A DNA stretch of 64,000 bases from Candidatus Latescibacterota bacterium. Its GTDB lineage: Bacteria; Latescibacterota; UBA2968; GCA-2709665. The notes below the pieces were generated by a model, which saw only the letters and a list, made by a program, of their open reading frames with translations, did not search any database and was not told the origin of the DNA. The translations under genes and the position numbers were made by a program. Shown in pieces: positions 28,863 to 39,781 of the stretch. Within the stretch, counting starts at the first letter, position 1; every line of letters begins with the position of its first letter. The stretch is from the NCBI GenBank assembly GCA_965248435.1, contig OZ252100.1:4928001-4992000 (forward strand), written 5' to 3'.

Positions 28863-29636
28863 ATGACTCTACTTATTATCACCGTATCGACGCTGATTCT
28901 TTGCGGATTCTCAAACCCGGGCGCGGAACCGTTCGTGGTCGTGGAGCTGTTCACGTCAGAAGGCTGCTCGAGCTGTCCGCCTGCAGATCAGCTGCTGGGT
29001 GAGATTGCGGAAAAGGCGAAGAAGGAGGGCAGCCGGATCTTTCCGATGGCCTTTCACGTGGATTACTGGAACCGCCTGGGTTGGCACGACCCATTCAGCG
29101 ACGCTGCCTATTCGCAGAGGCAGAGTCAGTACGCCCGCGCGCTGGGCAGTCCGAGGAGGATCTACACGCCCCAGATGATCGTCAACGGCGTGGAGGGGTT
29201 CGTCGGATCGAGAAGGGAACAGGCCTACAACAGCATCAAGAAGATGCTGAAAGATCACGAGACAGACATCGGTCTCGTTCTGGAGGCAGAAATCGATGAG
29301 GATGGGAAGCGAATCGAGGTGAGCTACCGCGTGGAGGGCACACCGGAACGGGCGATTCTGAATATCGCCCTGCTGGAGGACGGAATCGCGAACGAGATAC
29401 CCCGGGGAGAGAACGCGGGACGAAGACTGAGTCACGAGCGGGTCGTGCGGGCATTCAAGACCGTATCTCTGGAAAAATCGGTCAAGGGGACGCTCGAAGT
29501 TTCGATACCGGAATCTATCGATCTGGATCGCATCGGCATCGTGGGGTTCGTGCAGGATCGTGAATCGCTGGCCGTTCTCGGGGCCGGACACGTCCAATTT
29601 CAAGACAGGGGAGAAGAGGTTGGAGAGGACCTTTAG
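28863..29636 (+). CDS. Secreted thioredoxin-fold DUF1223-family protein
   Basis: VELFTSEGCSSCPPAD, HVDYW and YTPQ motifs. Confidence 0.9.
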   Translation: MTLLIITVSTLILCGFSNPGAEPFVVVELFTSEGCSSCPPADQLLGEIAEKAKKEGSRIFPMAFHVDYWNRLGWHDPFSDAAYSQRQSQYARALGSPRRIYTPQMIVNGVEGFVGSRREQAYNSIKKMLKDHETDIGLVLEAEIDEDGKRIEVSYRVEGTPERAILNIALLEDGIANEIPRGENAGRRLSHERVVRAFKTVSLEKSVKGTLEVSIPESIDLDRIGIVGFVQDRESLAVLGAGHVQFQDRGEEVGEDL

Positions 29637-30726
29637 GCTCGGCCTTGTCGGATGCGGATCGATGGGCCGGAACCACCTCGACACGGTCGCGCGTCTGCCT
29701 CAGGTCGAGGTCTCGGCGATCTGCGACGTCGTTCCCAAGGCCCTGCAGCAGTCGGGCGAAGCCTACCACGTGGAGGCCCGCTACACCGAATTCGATCGCA
29801 TGTATGACGAAGTGAAACCGGATTTCGTCACCGTAGCCACGCAGACGCGGGGACACCACGCGCCGACGGTGGCCGCTTTGGAGCGAGGGATATCGGTCCT
29901 TTGTGAAAAGCCTATCGCGATCGATCTGGTCGAGGCCGACGAGATGGTCGACGCGGCCGCATCGACGAACGCAAAGTTGGCGGTGAATCACCAGAATCAC
30001 CTCAACCCTGGCATCCTCAAGGCGAAGGCGCTCGTTGAAGAAGGGCGAATCGGTGACATCGTGATGCTCCGGGGTCGCAACAAGGCAGGCCGAAGGAGCG
30101 GCAACGAGTTCATGGAAATGGGTACCCATATCGCGGATATGATGCTTTGTTTCGCAGGCCTGCCTGAATGGGTCGCTGGAACGATCATCACCCAGGGGCG
30201 GCTCGCGGATGGCACCGACATCATGGAAGCGAAAGAGATGTCTCAACGCGACCGTGACTCGGGTCTCGTGATGGGCGATCGGGCGATCGGCCAGTATGGA
30301 TTCGCTGGCGGGATCCTGGGGGAGATCCACTTCCCGGGATACGAGCAGCGAATAGAGCACAACTACGGCGTGGATATCCTCGGAACAGAGGGCCAGCTTT
30401 CGGTGCGGGCGAGGGGTGGGCTTCCTCAGAAGCTGTGGCACCTTCCAAGACCGATGGAAGGCCTGCCTTCGGAGCTGGGAGACTGGCAGGCCGTGGACCT
30501 CCCGGAAGGTGATTCGGGTGACGGGAAGGTAGAGCTATATCGCCGGCTGCTCGACGCGATCGGGAAGGGAGAGGATCCGCCCAGCAGCGGGGAGGAAGGT
30601 CGCCGGGCATTCGAGATGATCCTGGGCATCTATCACTCGCACAGAGCGGGCGGACGCCGGGTATCGATGCCGTTAGATGAACGCAGACACCCACTCGAGG
30701 TCTGGCGGAGCGAACTAGGTTCGTAG
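29620..30726 (+). CDS. Gfo/Idh/MocA oxidoreductase
   Basis: GLVGCGSMG and LCEKP motifs. Confidence 0.9.
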   Translation: MERTFRLGLVGCGSMGRNHLDTVARLPQVEVSAICDVVPKALQQSGEAYHVEARYTEFDRMYDEVKPDFVTVATQTRGHHAPTVAALERGISVLCEKPIAIDLVEADEMVDAAASTNAKLAVNHQNHLNPGILKAKALVEEGRIGDIVMLRGRNKAGRRSGNEFMEMGTHIADMMLCFAGLPEWVAGTIITQGRLADGTDIMEAKEMSQRDRDSGLVMGDRAIGQYGFAGGILGEIHFPGYEQRIEHNYGVDILGTEGQLSVRARGGLPQKLWHLPRPMEGLPSELGDWQAVDLPEGDSGDGKVELYRRLLDAIGKGEDPPSSGEEGRRAFEMILGIYHSHRAGGRRVSMPLDERRHPLEVWRSELGS

Positions 30727-30742
30727 ATTTTTTACCTTGAAC

Positions 30743-31792
30743 ATGGCATCTGACACCGTGACAGAGGACAAAGCGAAGGTCCTGGAAGCGGCCATCTCTC
30801 GCCTTCCTCGGATTTCCCTCGCGAGCAGGCCGACACCGCTTGAGGCCATGCCGAGATTGAGCCAGGAGCTGGGAGGCCCTCCCCTCTACATCAAGCGGGA
30901 CGATCTGACCGGGCTGGCCATGGGCGGGAACAAGACCCGCATGCTGGAATTCAACATGGCGGAGGCACTGGAAAAGGGTGCCGAGGTGGTGGTCTTCAGC
31001 GCCGCGGTCCAGTCCAACTACGCCAGGCAGATGGCCGCGGCCTGCGCGAAACTTGGGCTCGAGCTCAGGCTTCTTCTGCGCCCGGAAAAGGAGGGCGATC
31101 GAGAGGGGGCCCAGGGGAACCACCTGCTCCATCGCCTCTTCGGGGCCAAAGTCACGATCCTGGAAGACAATGACATCACCAAGAAGCCTGCGCTCATCGC
31201 TGCGGAGGTGGCGCGCGTGGAGGCGGAAGGACGGAGGCCCTACGTGCTGCGGGGGGACGACGCGATCGATCTGGACGCCATCGCCTATGCGGAGGTCGCG
31301 CTCGAGATCGTGAAGCAGGCCCGGGATCTGGGGATCGGCACGCTCTACATGACGGGTTTGAGCACGACGCAGGCCGGCCTTGTGCTCGGGCTGCGCTTCC
31401 TCGAGAGCCCGATCCGCGTGCAGGGGATCTGCCCGTTTTCGAACATGCCCCAGAGGTTCGCTGAAATGGCACAGATCGCGAACCAGGCGGCCCGGCGGTT
31501 AGATCTTGACATCGAGATGCGTGAGTCGGATTATGAGAACGATGACAGCTTTGTCGGGGAACGGTATGGGATCCCCACTGCCGTCGGGATAAAGGCCATC
31601 AGGACGGTCGCACGATGCGAGGGTATCTTCCTGGATCCCGTCTATACCGGCAAAGGGATGTCGGGGCTGTTTGCGCATATCCGGGAGGGCAGGCTATCGA
31701 ACGACTCGCCGGTCCTTTTCCTGCACACGGGGGGCGCGCCTGCGTTGTTTGCCTACGCCGAAGATCTGGTTCGCGATCAAATTGGTGTGTGA
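30743..31792 (+). CDS. D-cysteine desulfhydrase/ACC deaminase family PLP enzyme
   Basis: KRDDLTG..GGNK.R, QSN, LDPVYTGK and LHTGG motifs. Confidence 0.92.
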   Translation: MASDTVTEDKAKVLEAAISRLPRISLASRPTPLEAMPRLSQELGGPPLYIKRDDLTGLAMGGNKTRMLEFNMAEALEKGAEVVVFSAAVQSNYARQMAAACAKLGLELRLLLRPEKEGDREGAQGNHLLHRLFGAKVTILEDNDITKKPALIAAEVARVEAEGRRPYVLRGDDAIDLDAIAYAEVALEIVKQARDLGIGTLYMTGLSTTQAGLVLGLRFLESPIRVQGICPFSNMPQRFAEMAQIANQAARRLDLDIEMRESDYENDDSFVGERYGIPTAVGIKAIRTVARCEGIFLDPVYTGKGMSGLFAHIREGRLSNDSPVLFLHTGGAPALFAYAEDLVRDQIGV

Positions 31793-31934
31793 GTTTTAGC
31801 GAAAGCGGATTATCTTATTGCAGTACTCCATTCCTTCCGATAGGTCAATGTAGTTTGTCATCCGACCAGCTCGGCGATTCTGGAGTAATGCAGTACTGGA
31901 GTATTGGCAAAAACAAAATCAGGGAGGTTTGACC

Positions 31935-32798
31935 GTGGCACGAAAAGCTCGCAGGAAACCGATGCTCAGGCTGATCGCAGCAGAGTGGACCATGAGGGGG
32001 TATCCCGCATCCAATCGAGAGTGGTCCATGGATAGGAAGGTCAAAGCCGCGAAGGAGGCCGGGTTCAAGGGCCTCAGTGCGCCCGCGGACGACGAAGTGA
32101 TCGCGGCACTGCATAAGCACAAGATGGTCCACGTCGGAAACGTGGATGTCTCGACGGAGGGACAGGTCGCCCGCAGACTGAGGAAATTTCAGAAGGCGGG
32201 TGCCGTGCACATCAACGTCCAGCTGTGTGACCACGATACCCCGGTCAAGACGTCCCTGCCCGTCGCCAGGAAGGTGATGGTCGTGGGGGATGAGCTGGGC
32301 ATCAAGCCGGCCATCGAAGTTCACCGGGACACGTGCACGGAGACGCCCGAGAAGACCTTCGCCCTTGCAAAGGCCTACGAGAGGCGCTACAAGAAGAAGC
32401 TGAGGATGAATTTCGATCATTCCCACCCCGCGATTATCAAACAGCTTCGTCCGCCTACCTACTGGAAGCGGCTTTCCGAACGCCTGGATCTCTTCCTGAT
32501 GGCCGAGCTGATCCATCTGAGGCCGTTTACCGGGAGCCACTGCCAGACGCCGGTGACAAACGGTAAGGGCAAGCTGGACACCGATTTTAAAACCTGGCTG
32601 GACAATTTCTGTGAGCCGGCCCTGAAGGCGTGGTTGAAGGGCGCCGGGCCGGGCAAGGAACTGTTCGCCGTCGTCGAGCTTGGGCCGAAGGGGTCTGGCT
32701 ATGGGCTGGCCGTGTTCCCCGACATCTGGAAGGACGCGATTCGGGGGAGAAGAGAGATCGCGCGGGTGTTCAGGAGACTCGTCCAGGACTGGAAATAG
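31935..32798 (+). CDS. Xylose isomerase-like TIM-barrel protein
   Basis: IEVHRDT, FDHSH and ELGP motifs; start uncertain. Confidence 0.7.
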   Translation: MARKARRKPMLRLIAAEWTMRGYPASNREWSMDRKVKAAKEAGFKGLSAPADDEVIAALHKHKMVHVGNVDVSTEGQVARRLRKFQKAGAVHINVQLCDHDTPVKTSLPVARKVMVVGDELGIKPAIEVHRDTCTETPEKTFALAKAYERRYKKKLRMNFDHSHPAIIKQLRPPTYWKRLSERLDLFLMAELIHLRPFTGSHCQTPVTNGKGKLDTDFKTWLDNFCEPALKAWLKGAGPGKELFAVVELGPKGSGYGLAVFPDIWKDAIRGRREIARVFRRLVQDWK

Positions 32799-32832
32799 GA
32801 GTCGTTATCAGCGCCTGAAGCGGAGGACCGGC

Positions 32833-33345
32833 ATGAATCAGAAACAGCATCAACTGATGAAGATCCTTCAAAAGATCAGTGTGTTTCAAGGCCTCGAGAT
32901 TTCGGAAGCCGAGCGCCTGATTCAAATTTGCAAGTTCCAGCAGTACGAAGATAATGAGCATATCTATAATGAGGGTCAGGCCAGCTCGGAGATGCTCGTC
33001 CTGATGCAGGGGAAGTTGCTTGTGGTCGGCCCAGCAGGTAACGTGTTCGGAGAGGTCAAGCCAGGGCAGCCGACCGGGGAGATGGGCGTCTTCACCGGGC
33101 ATCGCCGCTCGGCGAACATCGTTGCCGCCGAGAAGTCAGCTGCGCTTACGATCCAGAAGAAGGACCTCGACGAGCTTATGGATCAGGACCGCGAGATCAA
33201 GGCGAAGGTGCTTTCGAATGTGGTGGGCTTCCTTTCGCTGCGTCTCGAGGAATCCAACAAGCTGGTCGCGAAATACAGAACGGAAGTGGAAGAGCTGAAG
33301 GCGCAGGTTGCCGAGCAAGGTTCTCAGGTTTCCGAGGAAGGTTGA
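32833..33345 (+). CDS. Cyclic-nucleotide-binding domain protein
   Basis: GEMG...RRSA motif; GGAGG RBS. Confidence 0.85.
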   Translation: MNQKQHQLMKILQKISVFQGLEISEAERLIQICKFQQYEDNEHIYNEGQASSEMLVLMQGKLLVVGPAGNVFGEVKPGQPTGEMGVFTGHRRSANIVAAEKSAALTIQKKDLDELMDQDREIKAKVLSNVVGFLSLRLEESNKLVAKYRTEVEELKAQVAEQGSQVSEEG

Positions 33346-33370
33346 GAGGGTCGAATTCGCGCAGATGATG

Positions 33371-33408
33371 GAAGAGGGGCAGATCCAAGGATCCGCCCCT
33401 CTTTTGTT
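33371..33408 (+). terminator. Rho-independent terminator
   Basis: AAGAGGGGC..GCCCCTCTT followed by TTGTTT. Confidence 0.7.
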
Positions 33409-33450
33409 TCTTCATATTATGACGATCTCGAAAGATCGTTGTTGATTACC

Positions 33451-34280
33451 AGGGAGGGGTGCCCCGAAGGGCTTGCCCCTGCAAGATTTAAAGCAGGGGG
33501 CGGGGTGGGTTATATCGCGAGCACAAAAAATCATGCCTCCGGCGGCCGCACAATTGCGGATTTGGGATTGCGGAATGAAAGGCAAAAGGGCGTGTTTTCG
33601 GAATCAGAAAATAAATGTGGTAGGAGCCAGCTCCTGCTGGCGAACCCATGAATGGGGCTTCGCATTCGAGGGTTTCCGATCGATGAATCGGTCGTGTCCC
33701 ACAGGACACGACCTGAGACGATCCACCAACGACGGCCCTTGCCTCCGGCGGAGAGGCCAGTTCCCTCCTGGTCGGGGTGGGTAATATCGCGAACTTCACA
33801 ACATCATGCCTCCGGCGGCCCGCCCGTCGGCTCGCTGTCTTCGATCACGAACTCGCCGTGGATAATCACGAAGTCGATGCCGACAGGCTTCTGAATGTTA
33901 CCGGTACCCAACTTTTCTTGCTCGCCCAAGAAAAGGCCTACCGCAACCGCCACCCTGGGGCACAGCGCGGCTGTGCCCCTACACTCCAAGATTTCGCCGC
34001 AGGGGCGCGGCGTGCCGCGCCCGAGGACAAAAGAAAGGCGCCCCTCAGGCGCCGGGGAGGCTTCGGCCGCGGTACCTCACCCTCAGTGGCATAAACAGTC
34101 CACGGCAGGAGGGCCAAATCCTCACCACGCGCTCGCGATCACTGAGGAACCCACCCGCTGGGAGGAGAAATGGGCTGGTTGCATCGGAGTCGCACACCGC
34201 GGCCCCGACGGTTTTGAGCGATGACATTGCTTTCGTTCAATTCTTCCCCCTTTATCAAAGGGGGACCGAGGGGGATTTCG
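33451..34280 (+). repeat. Composite repeat locus R3 (three heads, deacylase fragment, REP doublet, scaffold with insert Y)
   Basis: TGCCTCCGGCGG at 33534, 33740 and 33807. Confidence 0.9.
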
Positions 34281-34293
34281 AAATGTATCACAA

Positions 34294-35256
34294 TTATTGT
34301 TTTTGTACGAGATAGCCGAGGCGTTTGTCCACGACGTTCAGGAGGGGTTCGCCTTCCAAATAACGGCGGAGGTTTTCAACGAAGATGTCACCCTGGTTGT
34401 CCCAGCCTTCTGCTGACCAGCCTGCGACGTGGGGGGTGAGGACGACGTTCTCCATGTCCCACAACGGGCTGGACTCTGGGAGCGGCTCTTGTTCGAATAC
34501 GTCCAGCCCGGCGCCCCCGATCTTGTTCGACTGAAGCGCCTGGATGAGGTCGGATTCGTTGATGATGCCGCCTCGGGCCACGTTGACGACCAGGGCCGTC
34601 TCTTTCATGTGGTCGAAACACTCCGCATTCAGGAGCCCTTTCGTCCTCGCATTCAGAGGCAGGGCCACGGCGACGACATCTGCTAGAGAAAGGGCTTCCA
34701 GCATGCCCTCCGGTTTGAAGATTCGATCCACGCCTTCAGGAGGCGTTTCTACCTGCGCGTCTACCGCGATGACCTCCATGCCCAGTGCGTGGAGTCGACT
34801 GACCATGCCCCGCCCGATGCTGCCGAGCCCGAGGACGCAGACGCACTTTCCCTCGATCTGGGTGACTGTGCGATTCCGCTCCCACGTCCGGGTTTTGCGG
34901 TTTCGCTCGAAGTGAGAGATCAGGCGGGTAGAAGCCAGTATCAGCGAGATTGCGTGCTCCGCCATCGCCGTGTCGTAGGCCCCGGCGGTGTTGGTCATGA
35001 TGACGTCGCTTTCGATCATCTCAGGGTAGAGCATGGTCTCGAACCCGACCCCGATGCTCTGGACCCAGCGAAGCTGCTTGGCGGCCAGGAAGGCGTCCCT
35101 CGGAATCCGACCGTAGACCACCTCCGCATCCCCGACTTCGCTCATCAGGTCGGCATCCTTCACTGCGATTGCGTTTACCCTGGGTGATATCTCCCGCATG
35201 GCGGGGACCCACCTATCCCATTCCCCTTCCATCATCACGAGCTTGATTTCTGACAC
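34294..35256 (-). CDS. D-2-hydroxyacid dehydrogenase
   Basis: LGLGSIG, NVARG, LDVFEQEP and TPH motifs. Confidence 0.92.
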   Translation of the reverse strand: MSEIKLVMMEGEWDRWVPAMREISPRVNAIAVKDADLMSEVGDAEVVYGRIPRDAFLAAKQLRWVQSIGVGFETMLYPEMIESDVIMTNTAGAYDTAMAEHAISLILASTRLISHFERNRKTRTWERNRTVTQIEGKCVCVLGLGSIGRGMVSRLHALGMEVIAVDAQVETPPEGVDRIFKPEGMLEALSLADVVAVALPLNARTKGLLNAECFDHMKETALVVNVARGGIINESDLIQALQSNKIGGAGLDVFEQEPLPESSPLWDMENVVLTPHVAGWSAEGWDNQGDIFVENLRRYLEGEPLLNVVDKRLGYLVQKQ

Positions 35257-35365
35257 GAGCGATCCCTTTCTCCAGTTGTTTGTGAAACGCTAGGGGTAGG
35301 ATCAAACGTTTGCAAATCGGGGGGCAAAATGCCTTGGACATTCGCCTGTCACCACAACTTCCCCG

Positions 35366-35662
35366 TGCCTCCGGCGGCCTACTTGTCTCGCCACAAGAAA
35401 AGTAGGCAAAAGAAAGGCGCCGCTCAAGCGCCGCGGAGGCTTGGGCCGCGGCACCTTACCCTCAGCGGACCGATCGGACGCAGCAAAAGCCCATACTCCT
35501 CCCCCCACCTTACGCCCGCTGTGGGACCCGCCCCCACTCCGCGAATTTCCATTCGCCCCTGCCAACACCCCGAACCCCGCACCGTCCCACAGAGGGCCCC
35601 AACCCCTTGGGAGAACGAACATTGGTGGTCGCAAAGGAGTCGCACACCGCGGCCCTGAGGCA
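35366..35662 (+). repeat. Composite repeat locus R4 (scaffold with insert Z)
   Basis: Same flanks as the X and Y copies, with a different 167-bp interior. Confidence 0.85.
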
Positions 35663-35791
35663 TTCGGCGGACCCACCGCAATTGCAATCGTCGCAACGCG
35701 CGGACTTGCGAGATTTCCTGAGTTCACGTATCATTATGCCGCTATGAGAAACCATGATATGAAAAAATCCTCAGTTCGCAAGGAGTAGCCG

Positions 35792-36784
35792 ATGGCGGGA
35801 AGGGTTAACGTCTACGGAATCGGAAACGCCCTGGTAGACATCCAGTATCGCGTCGAACCGGACTACCTGGCCAGGATGCAGATCGAAAAGGGCGTGATGA
35901 CGCTGATCGAGGAAGCGCGCCATCACGAGCTGGTCGAGGGTCTCCAGGCGCTTTCTTCTGAACGTGCTTCAGGTGGCTCGGCGGCGAACACGATGATCGC
36001 GGTGGCCAACATGGGCGGAAGCGCCCACTATGGGTGCAAGGTCGCCCGGGATGAATTTGGCGATTTTTATCTGAATGACCTGGAAGCAGCCGGGGTGGGG
36101 TCCGATCCGTCTAATCGCGGGGAAGGGATAACGGGAAAGTGCCTGGTCTTCATCACGCCCGATGCGGATCGAACCATGAACACCTTCCTTGGCATCACGA
36201 GCACGTTCGGGCCCGACCAGATCGACGAAGAGGTCGTGAGCCAGAGCGACTATCTCTACATCGAAGGCTACCTGCTTTCCTCCGATACCGGGTTCGAGGC
36301 GGCGCTTCTGGCTCAGTCGCAGGCGCACGACCACGGGACGCCTGTCGCGATTACGCTGAGTGATCCCTTCATCGTGAGTGTCTTCAAGGAGCGTGTGCAG
36401 ACGATTCTGGAGCGCGGGGTGGATCTCCTCTTTTGCAATGATGCGGAAGCGATGGCCTACACGGAAACCTCAAAGATCGATGAAGCCTGTTCGGCCCTTT
36501 CCCGGGCGGTGGGATTCTTCGCGGTGACGTGCGGAGCCAGGGGGGCCGTGATCGGTGATCGAGATCGAACCATGGAGGTAGACGGCTTCAAGGTGGACGC
36601 AGTGGACACGAATGGCGCGGGGGATTCGTTCGCGGGTGCGTACCTGTTCGGGATCACGAACGGGTACGATGTTGGCGACGCGGGGAAGCTCGCGACCTAT
36701 GTCTCTTCCCGTGTCGTCGCCAAGTACGGGCCCCGGCTTGACGCCTCTCTTAAAGGAGAAGTGGACCGGATTCTATCTCTCTAA
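35792..36784 (+). CDS. PfkB-family (adenosine kinase-like) sugar kinase
   Basis: GNALVD, GGSAAN and DTNGAGD motifs. Confidence 0.92.
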   Translation: MAGRVNVYGIGNALVDIQYRVEPDYLARMQIEKGVMTLIEEARHHELVEGLQALSSERASGGSAANTMIAVANMGGSAHYGCKVARDEFGDFYLNDLEAAGVGSDPSNRGEGITGKCLVFITPDADRTMNTFLGITSTFGPDQIDEEVVSQSDYLYIEGYLLSSDTGFEAALLAQSQAHDHGTPVAITLSDPFIVSVFKERVQTILERGVDLLFCNDAEAMAYTETSKIDEACSALSRAVGFFAVTCGARGAVIGDRDRTMEVDGFKVDAVDTNGAGDSFAGAYLFGITNGYDVGDAGKLATYVSSRVVAKYGPRLDASLKGEVDRILSL

Positions 36785-38051
36785 GTTGGCCCCGCGACTC
36801 GCTGAATGGGAATGTCGTCTTCTGACGGCATTCCCACCTCTCCGTTCTCCGCCTTCCAGATTACCGGCATCGTCGTGGCTACACCCACCACAGAGGCTAC
36901 CGCGGCCGCTCCAAACAGCCCCACCGCGAGGGGCGCCCCCATTCCTTCTGCCATCGCTCCCAAGGTCAATTTTCCCACAGGTCCAAACCCGATCGCGAGC
37001 GCAACCGCCCCCATGGCACGGCTTCGCATCTCGTCAGAGGCCCGAAGCAGCACGATTGAGCTTTGCATAATCCCGAACCAGGACTGGCCGACCCCGAAAA
37101 GGAACATCAGTGCTATAGATAGATGAAAATTCGTAGAGGCCGAAAACCCGATCACGGTCGTTGACATCACGAAGGCACCAAGGCAGTAGACCCACCCGTT
37201 GCCGATCGATCGCCGCATCCTGTTGATGAGGAGCAGTGCAAGCAGCGAGCCGAGCCCGGGGGCCTTCCGAGGATACCGAGTCCGACCGGACCCTGTCCCA
37301 GAATATCTCGAGCGAATATTGGGTGGAGCACCTTGTGAGGGAAGATCAGGAAGTTCATGGCAGCCGTGATCAGCAGGGCTGCGAGGATCAAACGGCTGCC
37401 GATGATGTAAGCCAGGCCGCCCAGGATCTGTTTGCCGGGAGAAGCTCCGGGTGTTTTGAACTGGGGAGCGTCGGGCACCGAAATGCGGGTCGTGAAGAAC
37501 AGCCCGATTCCCGAAAAGACCGTCATCATCGCAAAGCAGCCCACGGGACCCGCGGCATCGATCAGGAATCCTGCCGTAAAGGGGCCCAGGAGCCGCGCGA
37601 TACTCTGGAAGAAGCTGTCCAAAAGTACACCGTCTACAATCCTGGACTTTCCCACCAGATCGGGCATCAGTGAGCGCCGAGTCGGGAAATCCACGGCCCA
37701 CCCGATGCCGAGGATGAAGGAGCCGACCGCAAGGTGCCAGAAAGAGAGCGTGTCGGTCCACAGGAGGAGGACGATGGCGAACTGGACAAGGAAATTCAGT
37801 CCCTGGCTGAGCCCCACCAACCTCACGCGACCGAATCGGTCTCCGATCGGTCCTGAGAAAAAGCCGATGAACATCAGCGGCGCGGCGCGATAAAAACCGA
37901 TGAGAGAAACCATCCAGGCCGAATTCGTCAATTCCAGGGTGAGCCACCCGACGACGATCATCTCCATCCACATGCAAAGCCACCAGAGCGTGTTGCTGCT
38001 CAGCAGGAATCGATAGCTCGGGTTGGCGAGCGGCGCCAATCCCCCGCTCAT
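36781..38051 (-). pseudogene. MFS transporter split by a frameshift near 37260
   Basis: N-half in ORF 37167..38051 (G.IGDRFGR); hydrophobic C-half in the frame ending at 36781. Confidence 0.75.
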
Positions 38052-38077
38052 GATGGAGGTTTTCTTATTTTCAGTCA

Positions 38078-39132
38078 GCTGGATTCAATGACTAAGTGCA
38101 ACACTTGGACTTGAAGACTTCAGCTGGTGTTTTGAAGTTAAGACATTTTCTTGGTCGGTTGTTGATCCGGTTCTGAATTTTCTTTAACTCGTGTTTGCTG
38201 ACCTTTGAGAAGTCTGTCTTCTTGGGGAGGTATCTGCGGACCAGACCGATAGCGTTTTCCACAGCGCCTCGCTCCCAGCTGTGGAACGGTTTGCAGAAAT
38301 AGGATTTGGTGCCAAGCACCTCGTTGACCCGTTGATGTTGGCCGTTTTCGGATCCGTTGTCATATGTGATGCTCTTCCTCATGTGGGGAGGATGTCGCCC
38401 AAGGCGTCGATTAATCGCTTCGGCGACCTCCGAGGGTCCGTTCTTTGCCAGCTTAGCCAGGTGTAGGTATCTCGACGATCGCTCAAGACAAGCGCCAACG
38501 GCCTGTTTGCTCTCACGAGAGATGATGGTGTCGGATTCCCAGTGGCCAGGTTGTTTCCGTTTTTCGATGTAACGGGGACGTCGATCGATCGAAATACGGC
38601 CTGGAATGTGGCTTTCCCGGTGTTTTCGGGTATGCCACCGCGGCTTTCGTTTTTTGTGAGCTCGGGATAAGCAAGCAACCAGATCCCGCTGCTTGTGCAC
38701 CTTTGGATCGTAGATATACTGGTAGATGGCTTCGTGGCTGATACCCGCGCTCGGACGCTCCTCGGGAAGCCTCCCAGCGATCAACTCGGGAGACCATCCT
38801 TGCTTGAGTTTGGTCTCGACATATCGCCGGATAACCGGATTCTTCAGCCGTTTCCGCTTGCCGGCCTCCCGCTTACGTTTCTCAGCCCTTCTGTGAGCCT
38901 GGAGGCCCGAGTAACTCTCAGCTATCGGGGACGGATTACGTTTCAACTCTCTTGAAATCGTGCTGGCGCTCCGGTCAAGGGCCTTGGCAATATCTCTAAG
39001 GCTTGCACCAGTGGCTCGACAAAGCGCAATCTGCTCGCGTTCGTCTATCGTAAGATGCTTGTAATTGTTTCCCATACACTTAGGATAGGACAGTTGCTAC
39101 CCTAAGTGTTGCACTTCCTTATTGAACTCAGG
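38078..39132 (-). mobile_element. IS30-family insertion sequence
   Basis: IRs ..TTCAAT....AAGTGCAACACTT at both ends; TCA target duplication (38075-77, 39133-35). Confidence 0.92.
38092..39075 (-). CDS. IS30 transposase
   Basis: STISRELKRN, GHWESD, TYDNGSE, WERGAVEN and NNRPRKCL motifs. Confidence 0.95.
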   Translation of the reverse strand: MGNNYKHLTIDEREQIALCRATGASLRDIAKALDRSASTISRELKRNPSPIAESYSGLQAHRRAEKRKREAGKRKRLKNPVIRRYVETKLKQGWSPELIAGRLPEERPSAGISHEAIYQYIYDPKVHKQRDLVACLSRAHKKRKPRWHTRKHRESHIPGRISIDRRPRYIEKRKQPGHWESDTIISRESKQAVGACLERSSRYLHLAKLAKNGPSEVAEAINRRLGRHPPHMRKSITYDNGSENGQHQRVNEVLGTKSYFCKPFHSWERGAVENAIGLVRRYLPKKTDFSKVSKHELKKIQNRINNRPRKCLNFKTPAEVFKSKCCT

Positions 39133-39204
39133 TCATGGATAGCAATCAGATCGAAGAGGCTGCGCCATCAGGTGGGCCTGGACCACGGCGCGGTCAAATT
39201 TATT

Positions 39205-39760
39205 CGCCGCCAGGAGGCGGCTCCTACCGGATCTACCGGTGTTTGAATTCATGTCATTCCCTCAAGTCATGTATAAGGTAGGAGCCAGCTCCTGCTGGCG
39301 AACCCCTGAATGGGGGATTCATATTCAAGGGGCATATCAAACGAGGATCACAAGGTTCACAAAATCATGCCTCCGGCGGCCTACCCTTCGGCAGGCTCAG
39401 GGCATGCTTTTCTTGCTCGCCCAAGAAAAGTTGGACAAAAGAAAGGCTCCCCTCAGCCCCTCGATACACCGATCGCTCCCAGAAGCGGTCGCGGTCGGCA
39501 CTCGGGGGCTATTTTTCCGCTGAACCGTCCCAGTGGCCTTAGAGAGATAAGTGTCCTTGGATCTTTTGCGGCCTCTAAGAACGAGGGTGCTTGACGGATA
39601 AGCGCGGAAAAGTCCCACCCCACCCCAAACAGGTGGGTTTCTTCGCGCCTTTCGTGCTTCTTCGTGTCCTTCGTGATCCAGCGTTTGCGATCCACGAACG
39701 ACGGCCTTAGCCTCCGGCGGCCATTGTATGCGTAGGAGCCAACTCCCGTTGGCGACGGGA
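39205..39760 (+). repeat. Composite repeat locus R5
   Basis: GTAGGAGCC REPs, heads at 39368 and 39710, module D. Confidence 0.88.
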
Positions 39761-39781
39761 AAAATCACGACGTTGGAAGAA

